DNA from: Brevibacterium luteolum
GTDB taxonomy: Bacteria > Actinomycetota > Actinomycetes > Actinomycetales > Brevibacteriaceae
Assembly: GCF_013004595.1 (NCBI RefSeq)
Contig: NZ_JABEMC010000005.1
Span: 124,001-188,000 of the forward strand
Length of the DNA stretch: 64,000 bases
Direction: 5' to 3'
Part shown: positions 9,663 to 19,495 of the stretch, in pieces
Layout: every line of letters begins with the position of its first letter
Position numbering within the stretch: the stretch's first letter is position 1
Notes under the pieces: generated by a model
Database searches by the model: none
Told to the model about the DNA's origin: nothing
What the model saw: only the letters and a program-made list of their open reading frames with translations
Program-made: the position numbers and the translations under genes

Positions 9663-10424
9663 TTATCCCTCGGCGAGGGCCTCAGGGCTTTCGGGCAGGA
9701 TCTGCCCGCCGTCGACGACGATGCCCTGGCCGGTGATGTAGCGGGCGCCGTCGGAGCCGAGGAAGGCGACGGTGTGGCCGATATCGCTGGGCTCACCGAG
9801 GTAGCCCAGTGGCACGGCTGCAGCCATCTGCTTGAGGTAGGCCTCGCCCATGTCCTTCAGGCCCGGGGTGAGCACATTGCCCGGCAGCACGGCGTTGATG
9901 GTGATGCCGTCGGCTGCCAGTTCGATGGCGGCGGAGCGGACGAAGCCCATCTGGGCGGCCTTCGTCGCTCCGTAGTGGGACCAGGCGGGGAAGCCGGTGT
10001 AGTTGCCGGTGATCGACGAGGTCACGACGATGCGGCCGGCCTGCGATTTCCGCAGGGCCGGCAGGGCGGCCTGGACGATGTGGACGGTGCCGAAGGTGTT
10101 GATCGCGAAGATCGATTCGAGGTCCTCATCGGTCATCTCGTCGATGCGGGCCTGCGGGTACACCCCGGCGTTCGACGACAGCAGGTCGAGTCCGCCGTGG
10201 TCGTTAACGAAGGAGGCGATGACCTCTTCGCAGTTGTCGCGGGAGCGCACATCGAGCAGGTAGGCACTGAGCCCGTCGTTCTGGGCGGCCGTGACCTCAT
10301 CGTCGGTCACACCGGTGACGCCGACCGTGGCGCCGTGTTCGATGAGGGTTTCGGCGATGCCGCGGCCGATGCCGAGCGTGCCTCCGGTGACGAGAGCTTT
10401 CCGTCCGGTGAGAAGTCCTGCCAT
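9663..10424 (-). CDS. Short-chain dehydrogenase/reductase (FabG-like)
   Basis: TGGTLGIG, SNAG, catalytic YGATK, NAVLPG, ITGQGIVVDGG. Confidence 0.88.
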   Translation of the reverse strand: MAGLLTGRKALVTGGTLGIGRGIAETLIEHGATVGVTGVTDDEVTAAQNDGLSAYLLDVRSRDNCEEVIASFVNDHGGLDLLSSNAGVYPQARIDEMTDEDLESIFAINTFGTVHIVQAALPALRKSQAGRIVVTSSITGNYTGFPAWSHYGATKAAQMGFVRSAAIELAADGITINAVLPGNVLTPGLKDMGEAYLKQMAAAVPLGYLGEPSDIGHTVAFLGSDGARYITGQGIVVDGGQILPESPEALAEG

Positions 10425-10472
10425 GATCTGTCATCCGCCTTTCGGGTGGAGTGCGTGTCAGCAGTTCTCAGT

Positions 10473-12317
10473 CTAGCGAGATCTGCGGTCCTGCAGGCGG
10501 CAGTAGGCGAGCACATCGGCCCAGCGCAGCTGTCCCCATTCCGCACCTGCGGGCACGAGACCGGCCAGGGCCCGGCCGAGCAGCTGCCGGTCGAGGTCGG
10601 CATCGAGGGTGTCGACGAAGACGATCGCCCGCGGCCTCGCGAGTCCGCCGAGCATCTCGCGCACCGAGCTCATGAGGTCGACGGCCAGCTGGCGGGAGGC
10701 CGGTTCGCTCGTGACGACGGCGGCCCACACGCTGCGGCCGTGCTCGGGGTCGCGCACGGCGACCGCGCGGGCGGCGTCGACGAAGGGGTGGTCTTCGAGC
10801 AGCTGGCCGACGGCGGTGAGCGAGACGAGCTGGCCGGACACGGAGATGGCCGGGTCGATCCGGCCCTGAAAGGTGAAGCCGCCGTCGGGTTCGACGAGGA
10901 CGAGGTCGCCGCTGGCGAACCCGAGGTCCGGGCGGCGGGTGAAGGGCGCGCAGATGGTGTCCTCGGCGCCCGCTCCCGAGGCGGTGCTCACCATGCCGGG
11001 CAGGGGTGCGGTGACGATGAGCTCGCCGGTGTGGCCGGGTTCGACCGGCCGGTCATCAGCGTCGGTGACAGAGATGACCCCGCGGCCGAGCTGGCAGCTG
11101 CCGCCGTGGACGAAGACGATGCCGCTTAAGAGGATCTGGCCCCAGCCGTCGACGACCTCGCAGCCGTTTTCGACGAAGGCGCGCTGCATCCAGCGGCGCA
11201 GCTCGGGTTCGACCGGTTCGCCTGCGGTGACGACGCGGCACAGGGCGGCGACGCTGCCGGCGGCGGTGACGTCGTCGTGCCAGGAGCGCATCGTGCGCAT
11301 GACGGCCGGGGTGGTGACGAAGGTCGAGACGTCGTAGCGGTTCATGATCTCGAAGGCCCGCTGGTGGTGGGGCACGTCGAGGGTGCCTTCGTAGACGACG
11401 ATGGTGTCGCCGTACAGCAGCGGGCCGAGCAGGCCGTGCCACTGCGAGACCGCCCAGGAGACGTCGCCGGCACACCAGAAGGTGCCGCCGGTGCGCACCG
11501 CACCATGGAAGGCGGCGGCGGTGGCGAAGACGGCGGCTAAGGAGTGCCAGGTCGTCAGACTCGGAGCGCCGGGGGCTGCGAGGTGGCCGGCGCACAGGTG
11601 CGCGTCGATCGGCCGTCCGGAATCGACTGCGCTGGTCGCAGTCTCAACGTGGCGGGTGGCCGGGCGAGCAGCGTGGGTGAGGTCGTCGAACCAGTGGTCG
11701 CCGTGGAACCACGGCACGTTGAGGCCGGTGCGGCGGATGACGAGGGTGTGTTCGACGCTTTCAGCTGAAGCCAGGGCGTCATCGGCGCGGACCTTGAGCG
11801 GAATGACGGTGCCGTGCCGCCAGGCGCCGTCCTGGGTGATGAGCAGGCTCGGCTGCAGCTGAGCGAGCCGGGTGGCCAGGGCCTCGGCGGGCAGGGAGAT
11901 CGGCAGCATCGACCAGCGGGCGCCGATGTCGATGCAGGCCAGCACCGCGAACACCGTCTCGGGCAGCCAGCCGGTGTGGAAGGCCACCACGTCGCCGTCG
12001 GTGACCCCGCGGCCGCGCAGCGCGGTGGCGACGGCGGCAACTTCGGTTGCAAGTTCGGCGTAGGTGAAGGAGAGCCGTTCACCGGATTCGCCTTCCCAGT
12101 GCAGGGCGATCTTCGAGCCGTTGGCGCGCGCGTGGCGGGTGACGAGGTTGAAAAGCGGGTCGATCCGGCCACCGGGGAACCACTGCCCGCCATAGGGTCC
12201 GGGCTGCCAGACACTGCTGGGAGCAGCCGTCCAGTCGAGGAGGTCGATGATCGGCTGCCAGTCGGCGGTGAGCGTGTTCGGGTCGATGCCGGTGAAGGGC
12301 GCGGGTGCCTCAGCCAT
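10473..12317 (-). CDS. Acetyl-CoA-synthetase-like AMP-binding protein with degenerate catalytic motifs
   Basis: Acs fold markers WFPGG, ALHWEGE, LITQDGAWRHG, FWCAGDVSW, VYEG, SGD/GR; the P-loop and C-terminal Lys are missing. ATG at 12317 overlaps the 3' end of the IclR gene (the ORF-track extension to 12800 is spurious). Confidence 0.8.
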   Translation of the reverse strand: MAEAPAPFTGIDPNTLTADWQPIIDLLDWTAAPSSVWQPGPYGGQWFPGGRIDPLFNLVTRHARANGSKIALHWEGESGERLSFTYAELATEVAAVATALRGRGVTDGDVVAFHTGWLPETVFAVLACIDIGARWSMLPISLPAEALATRLAQLQPSLLITQDGAWRHGTVIPLKVRADDALASAESVEHTLVIRRTGLNVPWFHGDHWFDDLTHAARPATRHVETATSAVDSGRPIDAHLCAGHLAAPGAPSLTTWHSLAAVFATAAAFHGAVRTGGTFWCAGDVSWAVSQWHGLLGPLLYGDTIVVYEGTLDVPHHQRAFEIMNRYDVSTFVTTPAVMRTMRSWHDDVTAAGSVAALCRVVTAGEPVEPELRRWMQRAFVENGCEVVDGWGQILLSGIVFVHGGSCQLGRGVISVTDADDRPVEPGHTGELIVTAPLPGMVSTASGAGAEDTICAPFTRRPDLGFASGDLVLVEPDGGFTFQGRIDPAISVSGQLVSLTAVGQLLEDHPFVDAARAVAVRDPEHGRSVWAAVVTSEPASRQLAVDLMSSVREMLGGLARPRAIVFVDTLDADLDRQLLGRALAGLVPAGAEWGQLRWADVLAYCRLQDRRSR

Positions 12318-13095
12318 TGCCGATGCTCCTTCCGCAGGAGACGGCGGTGCGCTCGAGCGCCGCAGCCGCCTTGCGCACGTGGGCCTCGTCGGCTCCGGCG
12401 GGCACATCGGCGGCCAGGGCTGCCACGACTGCGGCTTCGGCGTCGCGCAGCGGCACAGCGACTTCGTCGACGTGGTCGGCGACGATGGCCGGCAGGTGGA
12501 TGTGGTTCGCACTCGCCCACTGCTGACGGTGGGTTTCTGCCAGTTCCACGGTCTCAGGTGAGGCGCCGGCGAGGACCTCAGCCCACACCTCGGGTGCGGC
12601 GTGGGCGGCGAGCACCCGCCCGGCGGCGGTGTCGAGGGCCGGCAGTGCGCGCGGTGAGCGACGGAAGGGCCCGCGGTCATCACCGTCGACCTGGTCGATG
12701 CACATGACCTCTCGGCCGGCGAGCACATAGACGCTGATCGTGGCGGCGAGCTGGTTGCGCAGCGCCACGACGAAGGGGGCGAGCGCGGCGAGGATCGCAC
12801 TGCGCGCCAGGTAGTGCTTCGACAGGCGGGTGAGCTGCGGGCCGAGGCCGTAGCGGGAGGTCGCCGGGTCCTGCACGGCGTAGTCGGCCTGCACGAGTGA
12901 GCGCAGCAGCCGGTGCACGGTGGGCACCGACATGCCCGAGCGGGCGGCGAGGTCCGTCAGGTGGTGCAGCGGCGGGCCCTCGGCAAGCAGGTCGAGCAGC
13001 CTGACCGCATTGCGGATGGTGCCGAGGCCCCCACGGGCTGAGCCGTTGCCGCTGGTGCTGCCATTGGCTTCGTCGCCATTGCCCTCACCGGCCAT
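12310..13095 (-). CDS. IclR family transcriptional regulator
   Basis: TIRNAVRLLDLL...LTDLAARSGMSVPTVHRLLRSL...YGLGP wHTH; ALDTAAGRVLAAH in the effector domain. Confidence 0.88.
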   Translation of the reverse strand: MAGEGNGDEANGSTSGNGSARGGLGTIRNAVRLLDLLAEGPPLHHLTDLAARSGMSVPTVHRLLRSLVQADYAVQDPATSRYGLGPQLTRLSKHYLARSAILAALAPFVVALRNQLAATISVYVLAGREVMCIDQVDGDDRGPFRRSPRALPALDTAAGRVLAAHAAPEVWAEVLAGASPETVELAETHRQQWASANHIHLPAIVADHVDEVAVPLRDAEAAVVAALAADVPAGADEAHVRKAAAALERTAVSCGRSIGNG

Positions 13096-13217
13096 GTGCG
13101 GTTCCCTTCCTGAGCTGAGGCACCGGCGGTCACCGCATGCCTGAGTTTCAGCTTGCCACATGCCGACGCGGCATGCAGAACCGGATGACTGAAAAGTTTT
13201 TCTCTTGCAAGTATTGA

Positions 13218-13234
13218 TTTTCACATATTGAAAA
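13218..13234. promoter_or_regulatory. Palindromic operator, probably bound by the adjacent IclR
   Basis: TTTTCA-CATAT-TGAAAA in the AT-rich divergent promoter region. Confidence 0.6.
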
Positions 13235-13252
13235 CCTATTGTCTATCGTGAC

Positions 13253-13268
13253 AGTGATGCCGATCACA
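13253..13268. promoter_or_regulatory. CRP/GlxR-like site
   Basis: AGTGA-TGCCGA-TCACA, one mismatch to TGTGA-N6-TCACA. Confidence 0.5.
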
Positions 13269-13313
13269 GCGGTCTGTCTCACTCTCGCTTTCGCAACGAC
13301 GCAAGGAGATCAC

Positions 13314-14231
13314 GTGCGAACACGCGCCTACCGCCACTCCCTCAGCGGGAGCACGATGCCGCCGGGCCAGCCGCTGCTGCAGGTCTCGGATCTCTCGCTG
13401 CGCTTCGGCGGTGTGCGCGCGCTCTCCGATGTCAGCTTCACCGTCACCTCCGGCACCATCCACGCCGTCATCGGCCCCAACGGCGCCGGAAAGTCCTCAC
13501 TGCTCAACTGCGTGTCGGGACTGTACAAGCCCACCGAGGGCGAGATCGCGCTGCGCTACGTCGTCGGCGAGACCGGCCGCCACCTCGGCGAGCACTCACC
13601 CGAGGAGCGCGAACGCCGCGCTTCGACCGACCAGCCGCACGAGTACGCCGACCGGACGCTCACCCGCCTGTCGCCGAACCGGGTCGCCCGCCTCGGCGTC
13701 GCCCGCAGCTTCCAGAACATCGAGCTCTTCGAGCATCTGACGGTGCTGGAGAACATGATGCTCGGCCGGCACATCCACATGCGCCAGAACGTGTTCTCGG
13801 CGATGCTGTGGCTCGGCCCGGCCCGCCGGCAGGAGATCGAGCACCGCGAGATCGTTGAGGAGATCATCGACCTGCTGCAGCTGCAGGCCTACCGCAAGAA
13901 GCCGGTCGGCACGCTGGCCTACGGCATCCAGAAGCGCGTCGAGCTCGGCCGGGCGCTGGCGCTGCAGCCGGCCCTGCTGCTGCTCGATGAGCCGATGGCC
14001 GGCATGAACGCCGAGGAGAAGGAGGACATGGCCCGCTACATCCTCGACGTCCACGAACTCGCCGGCGTCTCGATGGTCCTCATCGAACACGACATGAACG
14101 TCGTCATGGACATCTCGAACCGCGTCACCGTCCTCGATTTCGGCCGCGTCATCGCCGACGGCACTCCTGCTGAGGTGATGGCCGATCCGCAGGTCATCGA
14201 GGCCTACCTGGGAACGGAGGCAGTCCGATGA
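13314..14231 (+). CDS. ABC transporter ATP-binding protein (LivG-like)
   Basis: GPNGAGKS, RSFQN, LAYGIQKRVELGRAL, LLLDEP, IEHD; GTG at 13314 after AAGGAG. Confidence 0.9.
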   Translation: MRTRAYRHSLSGSTMPPGQPLLQVSDLSLRFGGVRALSDVSFTVTSGTIHAVIGPNGAGKSSLLNCVSGLYKPTEGEIALRYVVGETGRHLGEHSPEERERRASTDQPHEYADRTLTRLSPNRVARLGVARSFQNIELFEHLTVLENMMLGRHIHMRQNVFSAMLWLGPARRQEIEHREIVEEIIDLLQLQAYRKKPVGTLAYGIQKRVELGRALALQPALLLLDEPMAGMNAEEKEDMARYILDVHELAGVSMVLIEHDMNVVMDISNRVTVLDFGRVIADGTPAEVMADPQVIEAYLGTEAVR

Positions 14232-16282
14232 CCGCCGCACCTGAGCACAACACCACTGGCAGCCGCGGCTTCACCGCCGACCGGCCCCCGCACGCGATCA
14301 CCAAGACGATGCCGCAGTACCTCGATGCGCTCGCCGCCGCCCACCCCGAGCGGGTGGCGATGCAGGAGAAGCGCTACGGGATCTGGCAGCCGATGAGCTG
14401 GGCGCTCTACCGCGAGCGCGTCCGCGACTTCGCCCACGGGCTCGTGACCCTCGGCATCAGCCGCGGTGACATCGTCGCCGTGCTCGGCGACAACCGGCCC
14501 GAATGGCTCATCGCCGAACTGGCCTGCCAGTCTCTCGGCGCCAGCGTCGTCGGCATCTACCCGACCTCACTCGGCAGCGAGATCACCCACATCCTGCACA
14601 CCGCCGGTGCGCGCGTGGTCGTCGCCGAGGATCAGGAGCAGGTCGACAAGCTGCTGGGCCTGCACGCCGAGCTCGGCACCGAGTCCATGCTCGAGCACAT
14701 CGTGTTCTACGACCCGCACGGCCTGGAGCAGTACACCGACGAGATCCTGCTCGACTTCACCGACGTCGAAGACGCCGGCCGTGCCTGGGCGGCTGAGAAT
14801 CCCGGCTGGCTCGATGAGCAGATCGCCGCCGGCCACCCTGATGACCTCGCCGTCATCTGCACCACCTCGGGCACGACCTCGAAGCCGAAGCTCGCCGAGC
14901 TCTCCCACGCCAACCTGCTGTCGATGGCCGAGCACCTGACAGCCATCGACCCGATCGTCGCCAAGGACCGCTACGTCTCGATCCTGCCGTTTGCCTGGAT
15001 CGGCGAGCAGATGCTCGCAGTGGCCTGCGGCCTGTACTGCGGGCTGACGATCTCCTTCCCCGAAGACGCCACCACCCAGAAGTCCGACCTGCGCGAGATC
15101 GGCCCCGACGTCATGTTCGCCCCACCCAGGATCTGGGAGTCGATGCTCTCAGAGGTGCAGGTGCGCATCGACGAGGCCGGGAAGATCAAGCGCGGCATCT
15201 TCGGCTGGGGCTATGAGATCACCGACCGGCTGGCGAGCAAGCGCACCTCCGGCAAGCGGCTGAGCGGCTGGGATAAGTTCATCGGCTCGATCGCCGATGC
15301 GGTGGCCACCCGCCCGGTGCGCGAACAGCTGGGGCTGACCCGCATCAAGCGCTGCTACACCGGCGGTGCCCCGCTGGGCCCGGACGTGTTCCAGTTCTTC
15401 CACGCCATCGGCGTCAACCTCAAGCAGATCTACGGCCAGACCGAGATCTGCGGCATCGCCGTCGTCCACCGCGACGACGGAGTCTCCTACACCTCGGTCG
15501 GCGAACCGCTGCCGGGCACCGAACTGCAGTTCGGCGACAATCAGGAGATCATGCTGCGCTCCTCCTCGGTGTTCCGCGGCTACCACCTCAACGACGCAGC
15601 CACCGCCGAGACCGTCACCCCGCAGGGCTGGCTGCACACCGGCGACGCCGGCTACCTCGACGAGGCCGGCCACCTCGTCGTCGTCGACCGGCTCAAGGAC
15701 GTCGTCACCGCAGCCGACGGCACCATGTACTCGCACGCCTTCATCGAGAACAAGCTGAAGTTCTCCCCCTACATCGAAGAATCCGTCGTCTTCGCCGGCA
15801 CCGGGGTCACCAACCCCGAGACGGTCGACGCCGAGCATCCGATGTGCGCGATCGTCACGCTCGACCCGGCGACCGTCTCTGCGTGGGCCGAGCACGAGAA
15901 GCTGTCGTTCACCACCTACACCGACCTGGCCGCCAAACCCGAGGTGTACGAGCTCATCGCCGAGGAGCTCGCCCGGGCGAACGAGGACCTGACCGAGACG
16001 ATCCGGATCCGGCGCTTCGTGCTGCTGCACAAGCAGTTCGATCCCGATGACGACGAGATCACCCGCACCCGCAAGGTCCGGCGGTCCGTCATCGCCGAAC
16101 GCTACTCCTCGATCATCGAAGCGCTGGCCTCGGATGCCGATGAGGTCACCATCTCGGCAGCCATCACCTATCAGGACGGCTCCGTCGTCGAACGCTCGAT
16201 TCCGCTGCGGATCTTCGATCTTGAGTCCTACACAGTTCCCGCCGGACGGGGACGCAGAAAAGTCTGGAGTGGTCGACAGTGA
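14228..16282 (+). CDS. Long-chain acyl-CoA synthetase-like AMP-binding protein (FadD-like)
   Basis: TTSGTTSKPK, YGQTE, WLHTGDAG, DRLKD, TRTRKVRR. Confidence 0.88.
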   Translation: MTAAPEHNTTGSRGFTADRPPHAITKTMPQYLDALAAAHPERVAMQEKRYGIWQPMSWALYRERVRDFAHGLVTLGISRGDIVAVLGDNRPEWLIAELACQSLGASVVGIYPTSLGSEITHILHTAGARVVVAEDQEQVDKLLGLHAELGTESMLEHIVFYDPHGLEQYTDEILLDFTDVEDAGRAWAAENPGWLDEQIAAGHPDDLAVICTTSGTTSKPKLAELSHANLLSMAEHLTAIDPIVAKDRYVSILPFAWIGEQMLAVACGLYCGLTISFPEDATTQKSDLREIGPDVMFAPPRIWESMLSEVQVRIDEAGKIKRGIFGWGYEITDRLASKRTSGKRLSGWDKFIGSIADAVATRPVREQLGLTRIKRCYTGGAPLGPDVFQFFHAIGVNLKQIYGQTEICGIAVVHRDDGVSYTSVGEPLPGTELQFGDNQEIMLRSSSVFRGYHLNDAATAETVTPQGWLHTGDAGYLDEAGHLVVVDRLKDVVTAADGTMYSHAFIENKLKFSPYIEESVVFAGTGVTNPETVDAEHPMCAIVTLDPATVSAWAEHEKLSFTTYTDLAAKPEVYELIAEELARANEDLTETIRIRRFVLLHKQFDPDDDEITRTRKVRRSVIAERYSSIIEALASDADEVTISAAITYQDGSVVERSIPLRIFDLESYTVPAGRGRRKVWSGRQ

Positions 16283-17151
16283 GCACCTTCATCACCCTCG
16301 TCATCTTCGGCCTCTCCGAGGGCGCCATCCTGGCGCTGGCCGCACTGGGCTTCGTGCTCATCTACAAGGCCACCGGCGTCATCAACTTCGCCCAGGGCGA
16401 GTTCCTGCTCATGGGCGCCTACACCTTCTACACCGCCTGGGTCATCTTCCAGCTGCCGCTCATCGTCGCGATCATCATCGGCATCATCATCGCCGTCATC
16501 GTCGGCGGCGTGGTCGAACGCTTCATCCTCAGACCGATGGTCGGCCAAAGCCACATCTCGATCATCATGGTCACCATCGGCTTAGCCGGGCTGCTGAGCG
16601 CCCTTGTGCAGATGTTCTTCGGCACCCAGCCGCGGGCGATGCCCGCACTGTTCCCGACGAACTCGGTGTCCCTGCTCGGCGGATCGGTGCCGGCCAACCG
16701 GCTGTGGGTGCTGCTCATCGCCGCGATCGTGCTGACCCTGCTGACGCTGTTCTTCCAGAAGTCCAAGCACGGCATCGCGATGCGCGCGGTCGCCGATGAC
16801 CAGCAGGCGGCGATGACCGTCGGCATCTCCGTGCGCCGCGTGTTCGCGATGTCGTGGGGGCTGGCCGCCATCAGCGCGCTCATCGCCGGCATCCTGCTCG
16901 CCGACGTCACCGCAGTGGAGATGAACATCGTCAGCTTCGGCCTGCTCGTCTTCCCCGTCGTCATCCTCGGCGGACTCGACTCGGTGCCCGGCACCATCGT
17001 CGGCGGCCTGACCATCGGCCTGCTGACCGCCTTCGTCTCCGGCTACCTCGATCCCGGCCTGGCGGAGGTCATCCCGTACATCGTGCTCGTGCTCATCCTG
17101 CTCGTCCGCCCCTACGGCGTGTTCGGCGAGAAGCGGATCGAAAGGGTCTGA
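16279..17151 (+). CDS. Branched-chain-amino-acid-type ABC permease (LivH-like)
   Basis: ALGFVLIYKATGVINFAQGE, GIAMRAVADD, ILGGLDS. Confidence 0.9.
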   Translation: MSTFITLVIFGLSEGAILALAALGFVLIYKATGVINFAQGEFLLMGAYTFYTAWVIFQLPLIVAIIIGIIIAVIVGGVVERFILRPMVGQSHISIIMVTIGLAGLLSALVQMFFGTQPRAMPALFPTNSVSLLGGSVPANRLWVLLIAAIVLTLLTLFFQKSKHGIAMRAVADDQQAAMTVGISVRRVFAMSWGLAAISALIAGILLADVTAVEMNIVSFGLLVFPVVILGGLDSVPGTIVGGLTIGLLTAFVSGYLDPGLAEVIPYIVLVLILLVRPYGVFGEKRIERV

Positions 17152-17154
17152 TCC

Positions 17155-18219
17155 ATGTCTGCAGCTATCGAAACCGGTCGCCACCACCGGTCCTACAACT
17201 CGGAGATGCGACTGTGGCACACCCGCCCGCAGATGGTCCGGATGGCACTCGTGGCCGTCATCGCGATCCTCGTGCCCTTCGTCTTCGACAACTACTGGCT
17301 CTCGATCGCCAACACCGCACTCATCGCAGCCGTCGGTGCGATCGGCCTCAACATCCTCGTCGGCTACACCGGCCAGATCTCACTGGGCCAGGGCGGCTTC
17401 CTCGCCGTCGGCGCCTTCACCTCGGTCATCCTCACCGACCGGATGGGGATGCCGGCACCGATCTCGATCCTGTGCGCCGTCGTGCTCACCTCGGTCATCG
17501 GCGTCATCATCGGCCTGCCGGCGCTGCGGCTCAAGGGACTGTACCTGGCGATCGCGACCCTGGCCTCGCAGATGGTCATCATCTTCATCGTCCGCCGCTG
17601 GGGCTGGCTGACCGAAGGACAGGGCTTCGTCGACGTCAACCGGCTGGAGGTCTTCGGCTTCCGGATCGAACGCTCCAGCTTCGAACAGCAGTGGTACGTC
17701 ATCCTGCTCATCATCACGGTCATCGTCGCCATCACCGCCACCAACCTCTTCCGCACCGGCGTCGGCCGCTCCTTCATGGCCGTGCGCGACCAGGACATCG
17801 CCGCCTCGGCGATGGGCGTCAACCTCACCCGCACGAAGCTCACCGCCTTCGCCGTCTCCAACGCCTACGTCGGACTCGCCGGTGCGCTGCTGGCGCACTA
17901 CACGGAGATCATCTCGTGGGAGAAGTTCACCATCGACGTCTCCATCCTGTACCTGGCGATGATCATCGTCGGCGGCATGGGCTCGGTCGCCGGCTCCATC
18001 TACGGGGCGATCTTCATGTCCTTCCTGCCGGTCATGGTCCGCATGGTCGCCGACGCCCTCGGCGGGGTCGCACCGATGCTGCAGCGCCAGCTGCCGGCCT
18101 TCGAGCATGCGATCTTCGGCCTTGTCATCATCGTCTTCCTCATCGCCGAACCGCGCGGACTCCAACGGATCTGGCAGCGGATCAAGGACTACTTCGGCTA
18201 CTGGCCGTTCCGCTACTGA
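17155..18219 (+). CDS. Branched-chain-amino-acid-type ABC permease (LivM-like)
   Basis: GLNILVGYTGQISLGQGGF, LRLKGLYLAIATLA, IIVGGMGS. Confidence 0.9.
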   Translation: MSAAIETGRHHRSYNSEMRLWHTRPQMVRMALVAVIAILVPFVFDNYWLSIANTALIAAVGAIGLNILVGYTGQISLGQGGFLAVGAFTSVILTDRMGMPAPISILCAVVLTSVIGVIIGLPALRLKGLYLAIATLASQMVIIFIVRRWGWLTEGQGFVDVNRLEVFGFRIERSSFEQQWYVILLIITVIVAITATNLFRTGVGRSFMAVRDQDIAASAMGVNLTRTKLTAFAVSNAYVGLAGALLAHYTEIISWEKFTIDVSILYLAMIIVGGMGSVAGSIYGAIFMSFLPVMVRMVADALGGVAPMLQRQLPAFEHAIFGLVIIVFLIAEPRGLQRIWQRIKDYFGYWPFRY

Positions 18220-18304
18220 CCATCCGACCTCGACATCATCCACCATCACCACCCGCTGCGCAGCAGCCGCACCACTGGACCGGTGCACAACATCAGGAGG
18301 AACC

Positions 18305-19495
18305 ATGAAACGCACCACCATCACTTCGGGAATCGCCCTGTCGGCGGCCTCCCTCATGCTGCTGAGCGCATGCGGCGGGGGCGGATCGGCCAGCGCCGAC
18401 TCCGATGAGCCGATCGTCATCGGCATGATCGCCGACCAGTCCGGCGCCACCGGCGACGTCGGCGCCCCCTACAACGAGGGCATGCTCGCCTACGTCGACT
18501 ACCTCAATGCCAACGGCGGCATCGAAGGCCGGGAGATCAAGGCCGAGTCGAACGACTACGCCTACGAGATCCCCAAGGCCGAGGAACTCTACCGCCGCTA
18601 CGTCAACGACGAGGCCGTCGCCATCCAGGGCTGGGGCACCGGCGACACGGAAGCGCTGCGCACCCGCGTGGCCAACGACGAGCTGCCGTTCATGTCCGGA
18701 TCCTTCGCCGAGGACCTGACCGATCCCGAGGAGTCGCCGTACAACTTCCTCGTCGCCCCCACCTACTCCGACCAGATGCGTGTGGCGCTCAACTGGATCG
18801 CCGAGGACGCCGGCGGCAATGCCGGTGTGGCCGTGCTGCACCACGACTCGCCGTTCGGCACCTCCCCGGTCGAGGACGGCAAGGCCTGGGTCGATGAGAA
18901 GGGCCTCGACATCGACTACAAGTCCTACGCGATGCCGGCTGGCACCACGAACTACGCCGGCCTGCTCAGTCAGGTCAGCGACGCGAAGTACATCGTCATC
19001 CAGAACGTCTCATCGCCTGCCGCGCAGTTGGCCAAGGACCTGCAGGCCCAGGGCGGGGACCAGAAGATCGTGTGCCTGAACTGGTGCGCCAACGAGCTGT
19101 TCATCACCTCTGCCGGTGATGCCGCCAACGGCCACGTCATGGTCCAGCCGATCGCCCCGCTCAACGCCGACAAGCCCGGCCACGAGCAGATCGTGTCCTA
19201 CCTCGAGGAGAAGAACGAGGACCCGGACTCGAAGATCACCAGCTACGTGCAGGGCTGGTACACGATGCACGTCATGGCCGAGGGCATCCGCCACACCATC
19301 AAGGAGGGCAACGACCTGACCGGCGCGAACATCCGCGAATCACTGGAGACCATGGGCGGCATCGACACCGGTGAGGTCATCGGCGACGGCACCGTCGAGT
19401 TCTCCGCCGACTCCCACCGCGGCTCGACGTCGTCGAACCTCTACGAGGTCAAGGACGGCGCGATGGAGGAGATCGAATCGGGAGTCACCCCATGA
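18305..19495 (+). CDS. ABC transporter substrate-binding lipoprotein (LivK/type 1 PBP fold)
   Basis: ATG after AGGAGG; lipobox LSAC; YLNANGGIEGR. Confidence 0.88.
   Translation: MKRTTITSGIALSAASLMLLSACGGGGSASADSDEPIVIGMIADQSGATGDVGAPYNEGMLAYVDYLNANGGIEGREIKAESNDYAYEIPKAEELYRRYVNDEAVAIQGWGTGDTEALRTRVANDELPFMSGSFAEDLTDPEESPYNFLVAPTYSDQMRVALNWIAEDAGGNAGVAVLHHDSPFGTSPVEDGKAWVDEKGLDIDYKSYAMPAGTTNYAGLLSQVSDAKYIVIQNVSSPAAQLAKDLQAQGGDQKIVCLNWCANELFITSAGDAANGHVMVQPIAPLNADKPGHEQIVSYLEEKNEDPDSKITSYVQGWYTMHVMAEGIRHTIKEGNDLTGANIRESLETMGGIDTGEVIGDGTVEFSADSHRGSTSSNLYEVKDGAMEEIESGVTP

Noticed and set aside
10473..12800. 775-aa ORF or IclR-Acs fusion
   Set aside because: The N-terminal 161 codons are an alternative frame of the IclR gene; the real start is ATG 12317.
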